Shown here in pieces: positions 1 to 11,300 of a stretch of DNA of 64,000 nt. Under the pieces are notes generated by a model. The model was not told the DNA's origin. It worked only from the letters and a program-made list of their open reading frames with translations, and ran no database searches. Both the position numbers and the translations under genes were made by a program. This stretch comes from the human T2T-CHM13v2.0 reference genome, Homo sapiens. The stretch spans positions 16,352,001 to 16,416,000 of the forward strand of contig CP086569.2 of NCBI GenBank assembly GCA_009914755.4. Reading direction: 5' to 3'. Position 1 is the stretch's first letter. Each line of letters begins with the position of its first letter.

Positions 1-80
1 AGGCTGGTCTCGAACTCCTGGCCTCAGGTGATCCACCCAACTTGGCCTCCCAAAGTGTTGAGATTACAGGCTGCCCAGAC
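1..80 (-). mobile_element. Alu SINE, 5' part of an element that extends past the window edge
   Basis: Reverse complement of the Alu left-monomer consensus: ggctggtctcgaactcctg...cctcccaaagtgttgagattacaggc. Confidence 0.8.
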
Positions 81-127
81 CTAGTCTCAAATTTCCTGAT
101 GAAACATTGGATAGAGATTTCTAATCT

Positions 128-560
128 CTACCTGCCAGACACTGCTCAAAAGAGATGTGAAGAGGAGCTACACAGATGGTCCATTTATACAAACCCAAGG
201 GGAAAACAAACTCTTCCTTCTTGTGCTCTTGCACAGGAAAAAAATGCATGTATCAGGATTATTGTTTTCAAATCTCTTTTCACCTCCACAATTTAATGAA
301 ATCATTAGCAACATATTTTTTTCTTTTTTAATACAATCTTTGCTTGATTAAAAAAAATCATTCTCTTCTGTGCTTTAGAAATGATGCCTATGGCTTTGCC
401 ATTTCTCCTGGTCTAGAATATCTATTTCTCTTCTTGACTCCCATCTATCCTTGACAGTATGCTACCCACAACATGATTTCAGTTCAAAATTCTGCTCTGT
501 CACTAACACATTCTTATTGTGTAAATCACCAGCAATTGTTCACAGATTTTACCAATCATG
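128..560. repeat. Copy A of a ~430-530 bp direct repeat pair (ancient duplication or LTR-like pair)
   Basis: Starts cctgccagacactgct..aaagagatgtgaagagga..cacagatggtcca and ends cagttcaaaattctgctctgtcactaaca..gtgtaaatcaccagcaatt; both ends recur at 1413-1945 at ~85-90% identity, centre diverged. Confidence 0.6.
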
Positions 561-685
561 TTTCAGATTCCAGCAAGACTCTAAGATCCTTAAAGGAAGA
601 GACTAATTTTGAAGGCTTTGTAACACCCAGCAGAGTATTTTCTAAATAGATTAAGGATGAGTGAATGCATTCCTCTACAGTTGTG

Positions 686-905
686 CTGTCCAGTCTACAT
701 TTTGTGTCTCTATGTTACATTTTGGCAACTAGCCATTGGGGGCTACTTAAAATTAAGTAAATAACACAAGAAATTCGGGTCCTAAGTAGCACGAGCCACA
801 TTTTAGGAGCCCAGTTTCCACCTGTGGCTCCCACTAGGTGCAGTACAATTATAGAACATTTCCATCCTGGCAGAAAGTTTTGCTAGATAGACAGTGCTGG
901 GCTCA
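686..905. mobile_element. Palindromic non-autonomous interspersed repeat (core ccactagccacatgtggct family); family name not confidently assigned
   Basis: gctgtccag..ggcaactagccattgggggctacttaaaattaa ... gccacattttagg..cctgtggctcccactagg..agaacatttccatcctggcagaaagtt..gacagtgctgg, a hairpin-like structure matching this common mammalian repeat. Confidence 0.5.
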
Positions 906-1412
906 AGAGCAGACAGGAGTACAGTTCTCAGGGACCATGTAGTTCTCAGGGACATGTGCATGGCAGCTCACACAAGTGGGAAGGAGGATGGTGCTTATTT
1001 TGGCTTTTGTCTGAAGGCTTCAGATAAGCTTCAATGTATGAACTATGACCATTTGCTCTCACCTTCATAGACATACTGGACAGTCTATTGGGAGTCAAAC
1101 AGAAAACTTTGACCACCTGTGTCATCTGCAGTGTTTTATAAATGGGCACCATTGATCACAAAAGGGCACATCATTCGGCCCAGCTCCCAGAAGTCAGAGA
1201 GAAGAGTCAAGGGCCCCGTCAAGTGCCATAAGCAATGCCATGTAACTGCCTGTCAGGCATGGTTGTGAAGAGGTGACCATACTCTTCCCATGTGTGGGCA
1301 CCTTACCACATGGTCAGCTGCACCCGGGTCCTTAGCTGCTACTCACTGCTGGCATCACAGCAAAGGACACAAGGGAGACAGGGGATAAAGGAGGATCAGG
1401 AAAGGTTGTCAT

Positions 1413-1945
1413 CAACCTGCCAGACACTGCTGAAAAGGGATGTAAAGAGGAAACACACAGATGGTCCAGCTATGAAAATCCAAAAAGAAAACAAAGTTTG
1501 CCTTTTTGTGCTCTTACACAGCAGAAACATGTGTTAGGATTACAGTGTCTTCAGAAGAATGCTCTTTAAGCACCAATAAGGCCATTTTAAACCTCAAATA
1601 TCTGCAACACAAAACTAAGGCTGCCCCCACCAGCATTTCAACACTATTAAAGGGAGCTCTTACTATATTAAATGCTGCATTTATTAATCACTGAAATTCC
1701 CTTATAGCTGATGGTATGATCATTATTTTCAAGTTTAACATATTCCAGGATAAGAGTTTTGTGCTTTCAACCTCTAGACTGTCCATCAATCACTTTTTAA
1801 ACATCTCATCAGAAGATCTGACCAGTCGCCTGAGCATCTATGTAAGGAGTGCTTTCAGTTCAAAATCCTGCTCTGTCACTAACAAATCCTTATAGTGTAA
1901 ATCACCAGCAATTATTCTCAGATTTCTTAAGAGGTTTAATTTACC
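1413..1945. repeat. Copy B of the direct repeat pair (see 128-560)
   Basis: cctgccagacactgctgaaaagggatgtaaagagga..cacagatggtcca ... cagttcaaaatcctgctctgtcactaacaaatccttatagtgtaaatcaccagcaatt. Confidence 0.6.
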
Positions 1946-2283
1946 TTGCTCCTTTACCATGCTTTAAGTCTCCATCTACTCCTGAAAAATGACAGCAAAT
2001 AGTATACAAATTATAGCAGTTTTTTTAAAAAAGAAATAGAATCAGAGTAAAGAATGAATAATCACAAAGATAAAAAGGACCAAAGAAATTCTAACATGTA
2101 AAGGACCAAAGAAATTTTAACACACAGGTTTTCAAGGAGAAAAGCAGAAATCTGGCTCAAACAACGATGCTTTGCTGCCGCATGACTAAATAAGAGTATC
2201 TTATTTTATTGTGCTTCACAGATTGTTTTTTACAAATTGAAGGTTTTTGGCAACCCTGCGTCAAGAAAGTTTATCAGCACCAG

Positions 2284-2575
2284 TTTTCTTTTTTTTCATG
2301 AGACAGAGTCTCGCTCTGTCCCAAGCTGGAGTACAGTGGCATGATCTCGGCTCACTGCAAACTCCACCTCCCAGGTTGAAGTGATTCCCCCGTGTCAGCC
2401 TCCCGATTAGCTGGGACTACAGACGTGCACCATCACACCTGGCTAATTTTTGTATATTTAGTAGAGACGGGGTTTCACCATGTCAGCCAGGCTGGTCTTG
2501 AACTCCCGACCTTAGATGATGCGCCCACCTCAGATTCCCAAAGTGCTGAGATTACAGGCATGAGCCATCCCCCCA
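2284..2575 (-). mobile_element. Alu SINE inserted into the Tigger1 5' region
   Basis: Poly-T start then gagacagagtctcgctctgtcccaagctggagtacagtggc...cccaaagtgctgagattacaggcatgagcca; Tigger1 sequence resumes immediately after. Confidence 0.9.
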
Positions 2576-3280
2576 CCCTTGCTCACCACCATTTTTCTAA
2601 TACCATGTCTCACATCATGTCTCTGTGTCATATTTTTGTAATTCTTCCAATATGTCAAATTGTTTCATTATTACGTCTGTTAATGTCAATCTGTGCTGAG
2701 TGATCTTTGAGGTTACTGCTGTCATTGTTTTCAGCACCATGAAATGTGCCCATGTATGTCAGACAACTTAATATAAATGTTGTGTGTGTTCAGATTGCTC
2801 AACAGACCCCCATATCTCTGCCTCTCCTCAGGCCTCCGTAGTCCCTAAATCATGGTATATTGAAATCAAGCCAATTAATAACCCTATGGAGGCCTCTAAG
2901 AGTTCAAATGAAGAGTTACACATATCGTGCTTTAAATCAAAGCTAGAAAGTTTAAGCTTGGTGAGGAAGACATGTCAGAAGCTGATAGGCTGAAAGCTAG
3001 GCCTCTTGCACCCAGTTAGCCAAGTTGTGAATGCAATGGATAAGTTCTTCAAGGAAATTAAATGTGCTACCCCAGTGAACACATGAATGAAAAGAGAGTG
3101 AAACCTCCTTATTTGCTGACATAGAGGAAGTTTTAATGATCTGAGTAGAAGACCAAACCAGCACAACATTCCCTTAAGCCAAAGCCTAATCTAGAGCAAG
3201 GCTCTAACTCTCTTCACTTCTATGAGGACTGAGGGATGTGAGAAAGCTGCAGAAGAAAAATCTGAATCTAGCAGAAGTTC

Positions 3281-4231
3281 ATGACGTTTAAGGAAACAAG
3301 CCATCTTCATAACATAAAAATGCAGGGTGAAGCAGCAAGTGCTGATGGAAAGGCCGCAGCAAGTTATCCAGGAGAGCTAGCTAAGATCACCAATGAAAGT
3401 GGCTACACTAAACAGATTTTCAATGTAGACAAAACAGCCTTCTATTGGAAGAAAATGCCACCCATGACTTTCAGAGCTAGAGAGAAGTCAATGCCTGGCT
3501 TGAAAGCTTCAAAAGACAGGCAGAATTTTGTGTTAGGGCTTAATGCAGATGGTGACTTTAAGTCAATGCTAACGCTCATTTACAATTCTGAAAATCCTAG
3601 TGCCCTTAAAAATGTTGCTAAATCTTCTCTCCCTGGGCTTTGTGAATGCAACAGCAAAGCTTGGATGACAGTATATCTGTTTACAGTACTGTTTACCAAA
3701 TATCTTAAGCCCACTATTAACAATTACTGCTCTGAAACACAAATTTCTTTCAAAATATTTCTGCCTTCTGACAGTGTGCCTGGTCACCCAAGAGCTCTGA
3801 TGGAGATGTACAAGGAGATTCATATTGTTTTTAGACCTGCTAACACAGTGTCTATTCTGCAGCCCATGGATTCAGGAGTAAATTCAACTTTCAAGTCTTA
3901 TTACTTAAGATATGAGTTTCTTAAGGCTACAGCTGCCATAGATAGTGATTCCCCTGATTCATCTAGGAAAAGTAAATGGAAAACATTCTGGAAAGGATTT
4001 AGCACTCCAGATGTCATTCACAACCTTCATGATCCATGGGAAAAGACGACAATATCAACATTAACAGGAGTTTCTAAAAAGTTGATTCCAATCCTCATGG
4101 ATGACTTTGAGGGATTCAAGACTTCAGTGCAGGAAGTAACTGCAGACGTGTTGGAAATAGCAAGAGAACTAGAATTAGACGTGAAACCTGGAGATTTGAC
4201 TAAATTGCTGCAATCTCAGGATAAAACCTGA
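3281..4231 (+). pseudogene. Tigger1 transposase ORF remnant (316 aa, DDE/CENP-B-like central and C-terminal region); upstream N-terminal part carries stops
   Basis: Translation aligns along its length with Tigger1 transposase (FKE.SHLHNIK.QGEAASAD ... KLIP.LMDDFEGFKTSVQEVTADV). The upstream frame (2880-3280) contains stop codons. Confidence 0.8.
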
Positions 4232-4433
4232 ACTGATGACACATTGCTTCTTAGGGATGAGAAAAGAAAGTGGTTTCTGGAGATAAAAATCTACTCTTGG
4301 TGAAGATGTCCTTGAACACTGTTGAAGTGACAACAAAAGATTCACTATATTAACATAAACTTAGTTGATAAAGAAGCAGCAGCAGCAGCTGCTTCTTTGA
4401 GAGCAGCTTCTTTGAGAGGACTAATTCCAATTC

Positions 4434-4760
4434 TGTTTGTTTGTTTGTTTGTTTGTTTGTTTAAAACAGAGTCTCACTCTGTGGTCCAGGCTGGAGTGCA
4501 GTGGTGCAATCTTGGCTCGCTGCAACCTCAGCCTCCCAGATTGAAGTGATTCTCCTGCCTCAGCCTCCTTAGTAGCTGAGACTACAAGCACAGGTCACCA
4601 TGCCTGGCTATGTATTTGTTTTTTGTTTTTTTTTTTTTTTTGTATTTTTTAGTAGAGATAGGGTTTCACTATGTTGGTCAGAATGGTCTCGAACTCCTGG
4701 CCTCAAGTGATCCACCTGCCTCTGCCTCCCAAAGTGCTGGGATTACAGGCGTGAGACACT
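4434..4760 (-). mobile_element. Alu SINE with a (GTTT)n-type tail, inserted into the Tigger1 3' region with a ~70-bp Tigger deletion at the site
   Basis: (gttt)9 then aaaacagagtctcactctgtggtccaggctggagtgcagtggtgcaatc...ctcccaaagtgctgggattacaggcgtgagac. Confidence 0.9.
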
Positions 4761-6465
4761 ACATCTGGCCAAAAGAGAAGGTTTTTGTAAAAGGAAGAGT
4801 CAATTGATATGGCAAACTTCGCTGCTGTTTTATTTTTTAAAATTGCCACAGCCACCCTAATCTTCAGCAACCACTACTCTGGTCAACAGTCAATGTGAAG
4901 ACAGCACCTTTCACCAGCAAGATTTACAACTCACAGAGGATGAGATGATCCCTTGCATTTCATTTGTTCTAGCAATAAGCATTTTTAAAGTATGTACATT
5001 TTTTGGACATAATACTATTGTACACTTAATAGAGTACAGCATAGTATAAACCAAACCTTACGTGTATCATGAAACCAAAAAATTCGTGTGACTGACTTTA
5101 TTGCAATGTTTGCTTTACTGTGATGGTCTGGAACTGAATCCACGATATTTCTCAGGTATGCTTGTGTCCAGTTTATTTAAAGATTCCAAATAAAACCATA
5201 CTATTTTTATTTGAAAGGCAGACCTAGAAAAAAAGAAAAGGATATTTTTATACCTGCATGCCTAGAAATCTGCTGTATTTAAGTTGTGCGGCAAGCTGGA
5301 CAAAACTATAATGATCTGCAGAATTTTGCAATTTAAGTCTTAGCCCTTCTCGATTATTCTAGAAACCGAAACAGCTGTAGTGGACAACCAATCACTTACT
5401 ACAATAACTTAAGGTTGGCATGGTTCAGGTCCACTAGAAAACAGAATCAAACACAGCTAAGTCTACAATTACATGCTGCTTCTCCAACATACAATTTACT
5501 CCAAATCTCTTCGGACCCTTAACAGGAACACATGTGTCTTGTGCTTGGTATATTCCAGAAACCTTTTGAGTTTTCGGAAACAACAGATTATTTATTGATT
5601 ATGCTCTAGTGAATGGCCAATCATGGGCCCTTAGATAAAGGCTCACCTGTGTCCCAAGTCCTCGCACTGGCCTCCACCCTCAGCCATCTCCTTTGCAAAT
5701 GTAGAAGAGAATGTACATTTCACCTAGCAAGGTTAAAACCCAAAGGCACAGTGTCAGCCCCCAGGGGAGACAGGGCAAAGAAAGAATGTGAACCTACCAC
5801 CAGAGTTGCTTTGACTTTCACAGCAAGACCCAATAAATATGATGGAAGGAGGGTAGGTTGTGATTACCATCTCATTCCAACTAGGATCTCTGCACATTCT
5901 GGGGTTAAAAAATAACCACCTATGGAAACATGTGGAATGATCCTTCACTTTGCTCCACCTTCCTCAGAAATGTGCCAAAACTCTTAGAAACCCCACTTGG
6001 AACGAATGACTTGATAACATCAAGGAGTAAGAACAGACTGAGGCTGAAAAACTTGTGGGCTACAATTTTAAACCTCAGATGTATTTCATGGGGTCACATG
6101 ACAGCATGCACAAATTCTTCTGAAAATCCATCTAGGGCATGTGTTAATATTATGTAAGTCTATTTTTGTCATCAGCTATATGGATGTTTCAGTGTCTAAA
6201 GAAACAGCCTATGTGAAGTTAATAAAGAATGATAGTGTGAAACACTCATACTGTAGTCTGTGGGATTTTGACCACATGGTGGACATGACTGTCAACTGTC
6301 TCAAGCAGCCCACAATCCCATCGGTACTGGGCTTGGTGATCACCACAGAGACCCTACCTCTGTGACCATTTACAGTCTCCTGGGCCCCAGACAGTGAGGC
6401 AGGCACTTACAGTCCCAAGTGCTATTATTTGGTAAGGTGGAAGCTATGGGAGCTTAATACTATGG

Positions 6466-6530
6466 GAATAGAATTCAAAGAATAAAACCCTGTTTTTAAC
6501 TCAAGACAGAATTATGCTGAGCTATGGGAG
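6466..6530 (+). repeat. Left arm of a ~60-bp inverted repeat pair (partner at 8975-9045)
   Basis: tagaattcaaagaataaaaccctgtttttaactcaagacagaattatgctgagct; the partner reads as its reverse complement at ~90% identity. Confidence 0.6.
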
Positions 6531-6889
6531 TCCTGAGAAGCTATGGGAGTTCTGCAAGAAGGCACAGAACATGTCTTCATTCAACTATATAAAGGTAAAC
6601 TACAAGTGACTTATTAAAATCCTGCAATCTCAATTTATAAAGACATGGTACATTACGGTCAATAAGAACTGCAAATGTTCTTATTACTCTTTGCAATCTA
6701 CATTATTGTTTTACGATGTTTTAAGAATTTCAAAATAAGCTTATTTCCCTTTGATTTTTTAAAAGAATTTTAAATAAAATTGTATTAGACTCCAAGAAAA
6801 CACATTTTACACGTACCACGTTTTACACACACCACAATTCCTAATTCTGAATATTCTTAACACCCACCCTCTGGCTGGCCCTCCCAGCA

Positions 6890-7200
6890 CAGCCATTATC
6901 AACAGACATCATGGGTTGCTCCACAAAGACTTAGATCCACGCTGTCCAAGCCAGTAGCCATGCAACAAGTGAGGCTACAGAGTGCTTGAAATGAGGCTAG
7001 TTCAAACTGAGATGTATTGCATGTATAAAATACACACAGGTTTTGAGGACCTAGTATCAAAATTAATGTCAAACACTTCGATTATTTTCTTATATTGACT
7101 TTGTATTAATTAACATTTTTAACAAATTAGGTTATATAACATACATCATCCGAATCAATGTCATCTATATCTTTTTACTTATTAAAAGTTGCTCCCAGAA
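6890..7200. mobile_element. Fragment of the same palindromic interspersed repeat family as 686-905 (low confidence)
   Basis: ctgtccaagccagtagccatgcaacaagtgaggctac..gcttgaaatgaggctag..tacacacaggttttgaggacctagtatcaaaattaat..ttgactttgtattaat..ttaggttatataa resembles the internal part of that family. Confidence 0.35.
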
Positions 7201-8689
7201 AATTTTATCTGGCCCAAATCTATTCTATGAGACAAAGCTGCTCTGGACACATGACTGTCTTCTGTTTTTAAAGAAACTAGGACCATCTTTTGTGCTCCTA
7301 ATTTCAGTTATTTACCAACTGAATCTTTCCTGTCCAGCAGCTGAGATATTGTTTAATTAACTTGTCATCTTCTTCTTTCAAAATCTTGTTCCAGTTTATA
7401 ACTAATCTCAGTCCGCTTTTCTCCTTTTCTGAATGGCATTTGAGAGCCAGAGTTATTAGTATTAACTAAATCATAACTGACTGTTTCCTTAGTCAAGAGA
7501 AATCAAATCCCACGGGTGTTTTTTTGTTTTTTTTTTCTTTTTAGGGAAAAAAAAAAAAAAAAGGACCTAACAGCATCACACATGTCAAAAGCATGGGAAG
7601 GTGCCCTGGTTTTCTTCCTGGTCGACATTAACTGTAAACTTTGCATTTACTTCCTCATTCTCCTCTGATTGAACAAATGTCTCCTGTAATGTCAACAATT
7701 CTTCATGCAACTATTTGTTTTCAATTTTACTTCCCCAAGTATGCAAGTATTGGTGCTACATCGACAAACAGAACTTCCTAGGAAAATACATTCAAAATTC
7801 CCAAAAAACAGACCTACTGCAAAATACCTCATTATAAATTGATGATACATTGTTATGCAGACAACAGATACACTGAAGTGAGGTACTAAAGAATGAGAGC
7901 AGGCATAATCTGGTAGATTAAAGTGGTACACTTTGGAATGCTGTATTTTGTATTCATACATTTTGTGAGAAAAAATGGGATAAGGAAACGTATATTGCCA
8001 AGGTAATTTTGCAAAGCCTTACCAACTCAAAGAAGAGGTAGGGCCGGAAAGGAGGAAATGGATAGAAAATGAGGGAGGGGAATAAAAAGAGCTACAGCTT
8101 ATTTTTCCAAATAGCACTAATTGTTGGTTATCAGAGGACTAGATCAGAGGATTGGGTAACAATGTGAGGTCCACGCTTGTAATGCCATTTAAGTCACATT
8201 CATCACTTCAGGGCATGGCTATGTGCAAATTCAGAATGAGAATTAGGAATCAAGCTCATTTAGAAGCTTAATAAATTTAATTTTAATGAGACATCTTGTT
8301 TGGCCTTAAAATTCATGAGACTCGCAGAACAGGTTATCTGGACCTTCCATTAGAGGGTAAGAAATATATTTGACAATTTAACTTTTTGACCACCAGAGTA
8401 GGAAAAATCTTGTCTACAAACTATACTTATGTATCTCAGAAGCTTTATGAAATTGACTCATTTCAAATTTAGTAGCGCATACACCATTGGCTCCAATTAC
8501 AGACCTCTGTAGGGAGTATTTTTTCTTTGGAATTCCTCAATTTATATCTCTGTGCTCATAAAATGAAGAGACTGGTTTTCGTGTGCCTTTTTAAAAGAAA
8601 ACAATTCTAGTGAGCTACCCAGAAATATGATGAGCAGGAACAAGGTCACATTCACAATTTAAGATGAGTTCATCATCATTTATATTTAG

Positions 8690-8780
8690 AACTGGATCAA
8701 TCCAGAATCATTTCTAAGCTTGGCCTCTTACTAGCTGTGTGACCTAGGGCGAGTAGCTTTACCTCTCTGAGCTGCAGGAT
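8690..8780 (+). mobile_element. MIR SINE core fragment
   Basis: ggcctcttactagctgtgtgacctagggcgagtagctttacctctctgagctgcagg vs MIR core cttactagctgtgtgaccttgggcaagtcacttaacctctctgagcctcagtttcc. Confidence 0.5.
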
Positions 8781-8974
8781 TTTTTCTTTTTTTTAATTGG
8801 TGAAATGCAAATACTTTCTCCTAATGTGCAGAGTTTTGAAATGAAGGAATGATATACATAAACAAGCAGGTCAGCAGTCTACACAGAGTATGCAGGAAGG
8901 TTTACAGATCTGTGAAGCCTCCTGGTGAATATGAGATTACAACATATGTTTCACAGTGTTAATTCTGTTGAGGC

Positions 8975-9045
8975 TTTGGGTAAAGCTCAGAATAGTTTTG
9001 TCTTGAGTTAAAAACAGGGTTTTATTCTTTGAATTCTACCCGAAT
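8975..9045 (-). repeat. Right arm of the inverted repeat pair (partner 6466-6530)
   Basis: agctcagaatagttttgtcttgagttaaaaacagggttttattctttgaattcta is the reverse complement of the 6466-6530 segment. Confidence 0.6.
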
Positions 9046-9979
9046 TCCTCTTGGCTGGTGAAGTTCACATGTGCTATGTCTGGGTTTGTTAATGTCTCAG
9101 ATCCATACAGCAGGTTCTCAAACGCTCATGCACTTGTGTTAAAATGCAGATTCTCACTGGGCAGGGGGAAGGTGGAACCACTGCTGCTACATTCAAAAGT
9201 GGCTCCCAGGTGATGTCTCTGGTGCTGGTCACCCTTAGCAGCCAGGCCACTTGGCAGATCTTCTGTGCCTCTACATTGTTGACAGCACGGGTAATTTCTT
9301 TTGGTTGCATAGGACATTCCTGTGCACTGCAGGAAGTTTAGTACTACTCCTGGTCAGGACCCCACTAAATGCCAGTGACCCCATCCCTTCATGCCAGCTG
9401 TGACATCCAAAATGTCTCCCGACATCTCCATTAGAGGATGCTCTCAGGCCGGCAAAACCCTGCCTAGTGGACAACCACTACCTTGTAGGATGCTACCATC
9501 AAGATGCGCCCTCAGCAACAACCAGGCTATTTTGCAGACAGCAAAACTGAGGCGGTGTTGGGGATTCACTCAGGATGGTGGCAGAAATATTACTGGGAAA
9601 TATTAGGGAAAGTTATAGGGAATAGTCACAAACCTTTTTGGAAGGCGGAAAGGTTCCATAGCTTGTAATAACTGAACAGACTGAAGGCAGCCGGTTCTCA
9701 TCTTACAGCATTAGTCATAAGGTAAATACTAGGGATAATAGAGGCTTCCCAGTTAAGTCTGTTTACCCTACCTCCATTAATTAACCTTTGAGCCAGATGG
9801 CCTTCTTAGGGGGAGGTCGACTAGGGAGATTGCCCCCTAATGGTATTTACCTTAGACCTCGGTGCTTGAGCTGTAATCATTCCTAGAACTACTCTCTTAA
9901 CCATGTCAATTATCCACAAGTGTGTTTACTCAGTTTGTGTTGTTAATTGTATACGAAATAAATGCCTGGAGTGCCAGCT

Positions 9980-11300
9980 GCTCAGGGCCGCCGCAGTGAC
10001 AAACCTCTCTTGGTGTGCAGGCGGTCGGACACTCAGCTGGACAGGCAAAGCAGAATACCTTTCTGTCAGTGTACGTTTCATTCATACATCGTTTGGGTCA
10101 GGGTCTCCGGCCAGATACCCGCAGCTAATGCCCTCAAGTGTGAGGTGCAACACCTCAAGGCTGGGCACCGCTCAAGGTCGCAAGCCTGGGTAAGAGAAGA
10201 GAGGACTGAGGTCCGGCCCCACCGCGCTCTGTGTAGAGGACGCAAAGCCCAGCGCGGGCCCGGTGGTCCCAAGGCACCGCGCCTACGTGCCCAGGTCCCA
10301 CACATAGGGCGACCGGAATCAGGTGGTGGGGCCGCACAGACTCCGCGACCACTCGCCACCATCGGCCCAGCCCGCTGGCGTTGCTGGACGCAGCTCCACT
10401 TTGGGGCCGGCTCCCGTGAGCACTGGAGCCCGCGGGTCCCTGCTGGAACGCTGCACAGTCGCGGCAACCCAGCCATGACGTACCACCCGCCGACAGTTGC
10501 CACGCCTGCCCAGGACCGCCCTCACGGAGGCGGTGGCCACAGACTACCCATCCAGAAGAAGTCCTTCCATGTCAAAGATGAGGTGGGTGAAGGGCTGCGG
10601 CTGGGGCAAGGGCGGGGACACAGCCCTGTTGCCGCCTTCTGGGTATGGGTGAGGCCGAGAAACAAATGCGCGCGCACTCGCCCTCCCCGCGCACGCGCAC
10701 TCAGGGCCTCTTCGCGCCTTCCTGGCCGGTCGGCTTATGAGCATCTGGCGGCCCCTCTGCCTGCTTCGAGCCTGGGCGACCTGGGCGGCGTATCGCCGCT
10801 TCGCGCACGCGCACGCGCACCTTGGGCGTTAGCCGCAGTAGCAGCCGCAGACCCGGGATGTGGTGCGAACGGGCGCGATGCTTTTACCGCTGTTCCTTCT
10901 CATTCACACCGGAATCGGGCCAAGCTACTCAGCCAGCGACCGCGCAGAGCCGAGGCCCTCGCCTGGGGGCAGATTGACTGCTCGAATTTGGATCAAGGGT
11001 GTGAAGGAGGATGGAGGGACCATGCAAGGGGCTGTCGACTGGGGAGAGGGGGTTGAAGATGCGCAGGACGCATCACTGCGAGCCATAAGGTTGCAGACAA
11101 ATGGCATTCGTCACGGAATTCCCTGGGTGGTTCGCCCGAGCCTGGAACGCCAGCCCCTGGACCGTGGGTGGGTTTCTGCCATCCTTGCCTGCCCGCCTCC
11201 CCGTTGTCCTGGACTGCGACCGGAACGGCGGCCACGCATGCGCAGTGTGCGGAGAGGGTCCACAACCTCTGTCGCAGGGCAAAGCCAAGTTGAGCAAGGA
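9980..11300. promoter_or_regulatory. CpG island (~1.3 kb), putative promoter/first-exon region, possibly bidirectional
   Basis: Abrupt shift to very high GC and dense CpG (e.g. ccgcgcacgcgcactcagggcctcttcgcgcc..ggcgtatcgccgcttcgcgcacgcgcacgcgcacc) inside AT-rich, repeat-rich DNA. No interspersed repeats inside. Contains an ATG at 10475 in good Kozak context followed at 10582/10583 by GAG|GTGGGTGAAG. Confidence 0.75.
10475..10582 (+). other. Candidate coding first exon within the CpG island (ATG to GT splice-donor-like site); speculative
   Basis: cccagccATGacg... 36 codons (MTYHPPTVATPAQDRPHGGGGHRLPIQKKSFHVKDE) then gtgggtgaag; no similarity recognised. Confidence 0.2.

Larger units (their letters stand above)
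2184..5162 (+). mobile_element. Tigger1 DNA transposon (pogo/Tc1-mariner superfamily), essentially full length, interrupted by two Alu insertions
   Basis: 5' region attttattgtgcttcacagattgttttttacaaattgaaggtttttggcaaccctgc matches the Tigger1 5' end. The internal ORF matches Tigger1 transposase (KQIFNVD.TAFYWKKMP, LQPMD.GV.STFKSYYLR, LMDDFEGFKTSVQEVTADV.EIARELEL). The 3' terminus ..ggtctggaactgaatccacgatatttctcaggtatgcttg is the Tigger1 terminal inverted repeat. Length minus the Alus is about 2.36 kb. Confidence 0.85.

Noticed and set aside
9962-11056. 364-aa plus-strand ORF (and overlapping 141-, 149-, 90-, 85-aa ORFs on both strands) across the CpG island
   Set aside because: Long ORFs on both strands are expected by chance in GC-rich sequence because stop codons are AT-rich. 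The translations are Arg/Pro/Gly/Ala-rich with no recognisable domain. Only the short ATG-to-GT first-exon candidate (10475-10582) and the signal-peptide-like start at 10860 are kept as weak leads.
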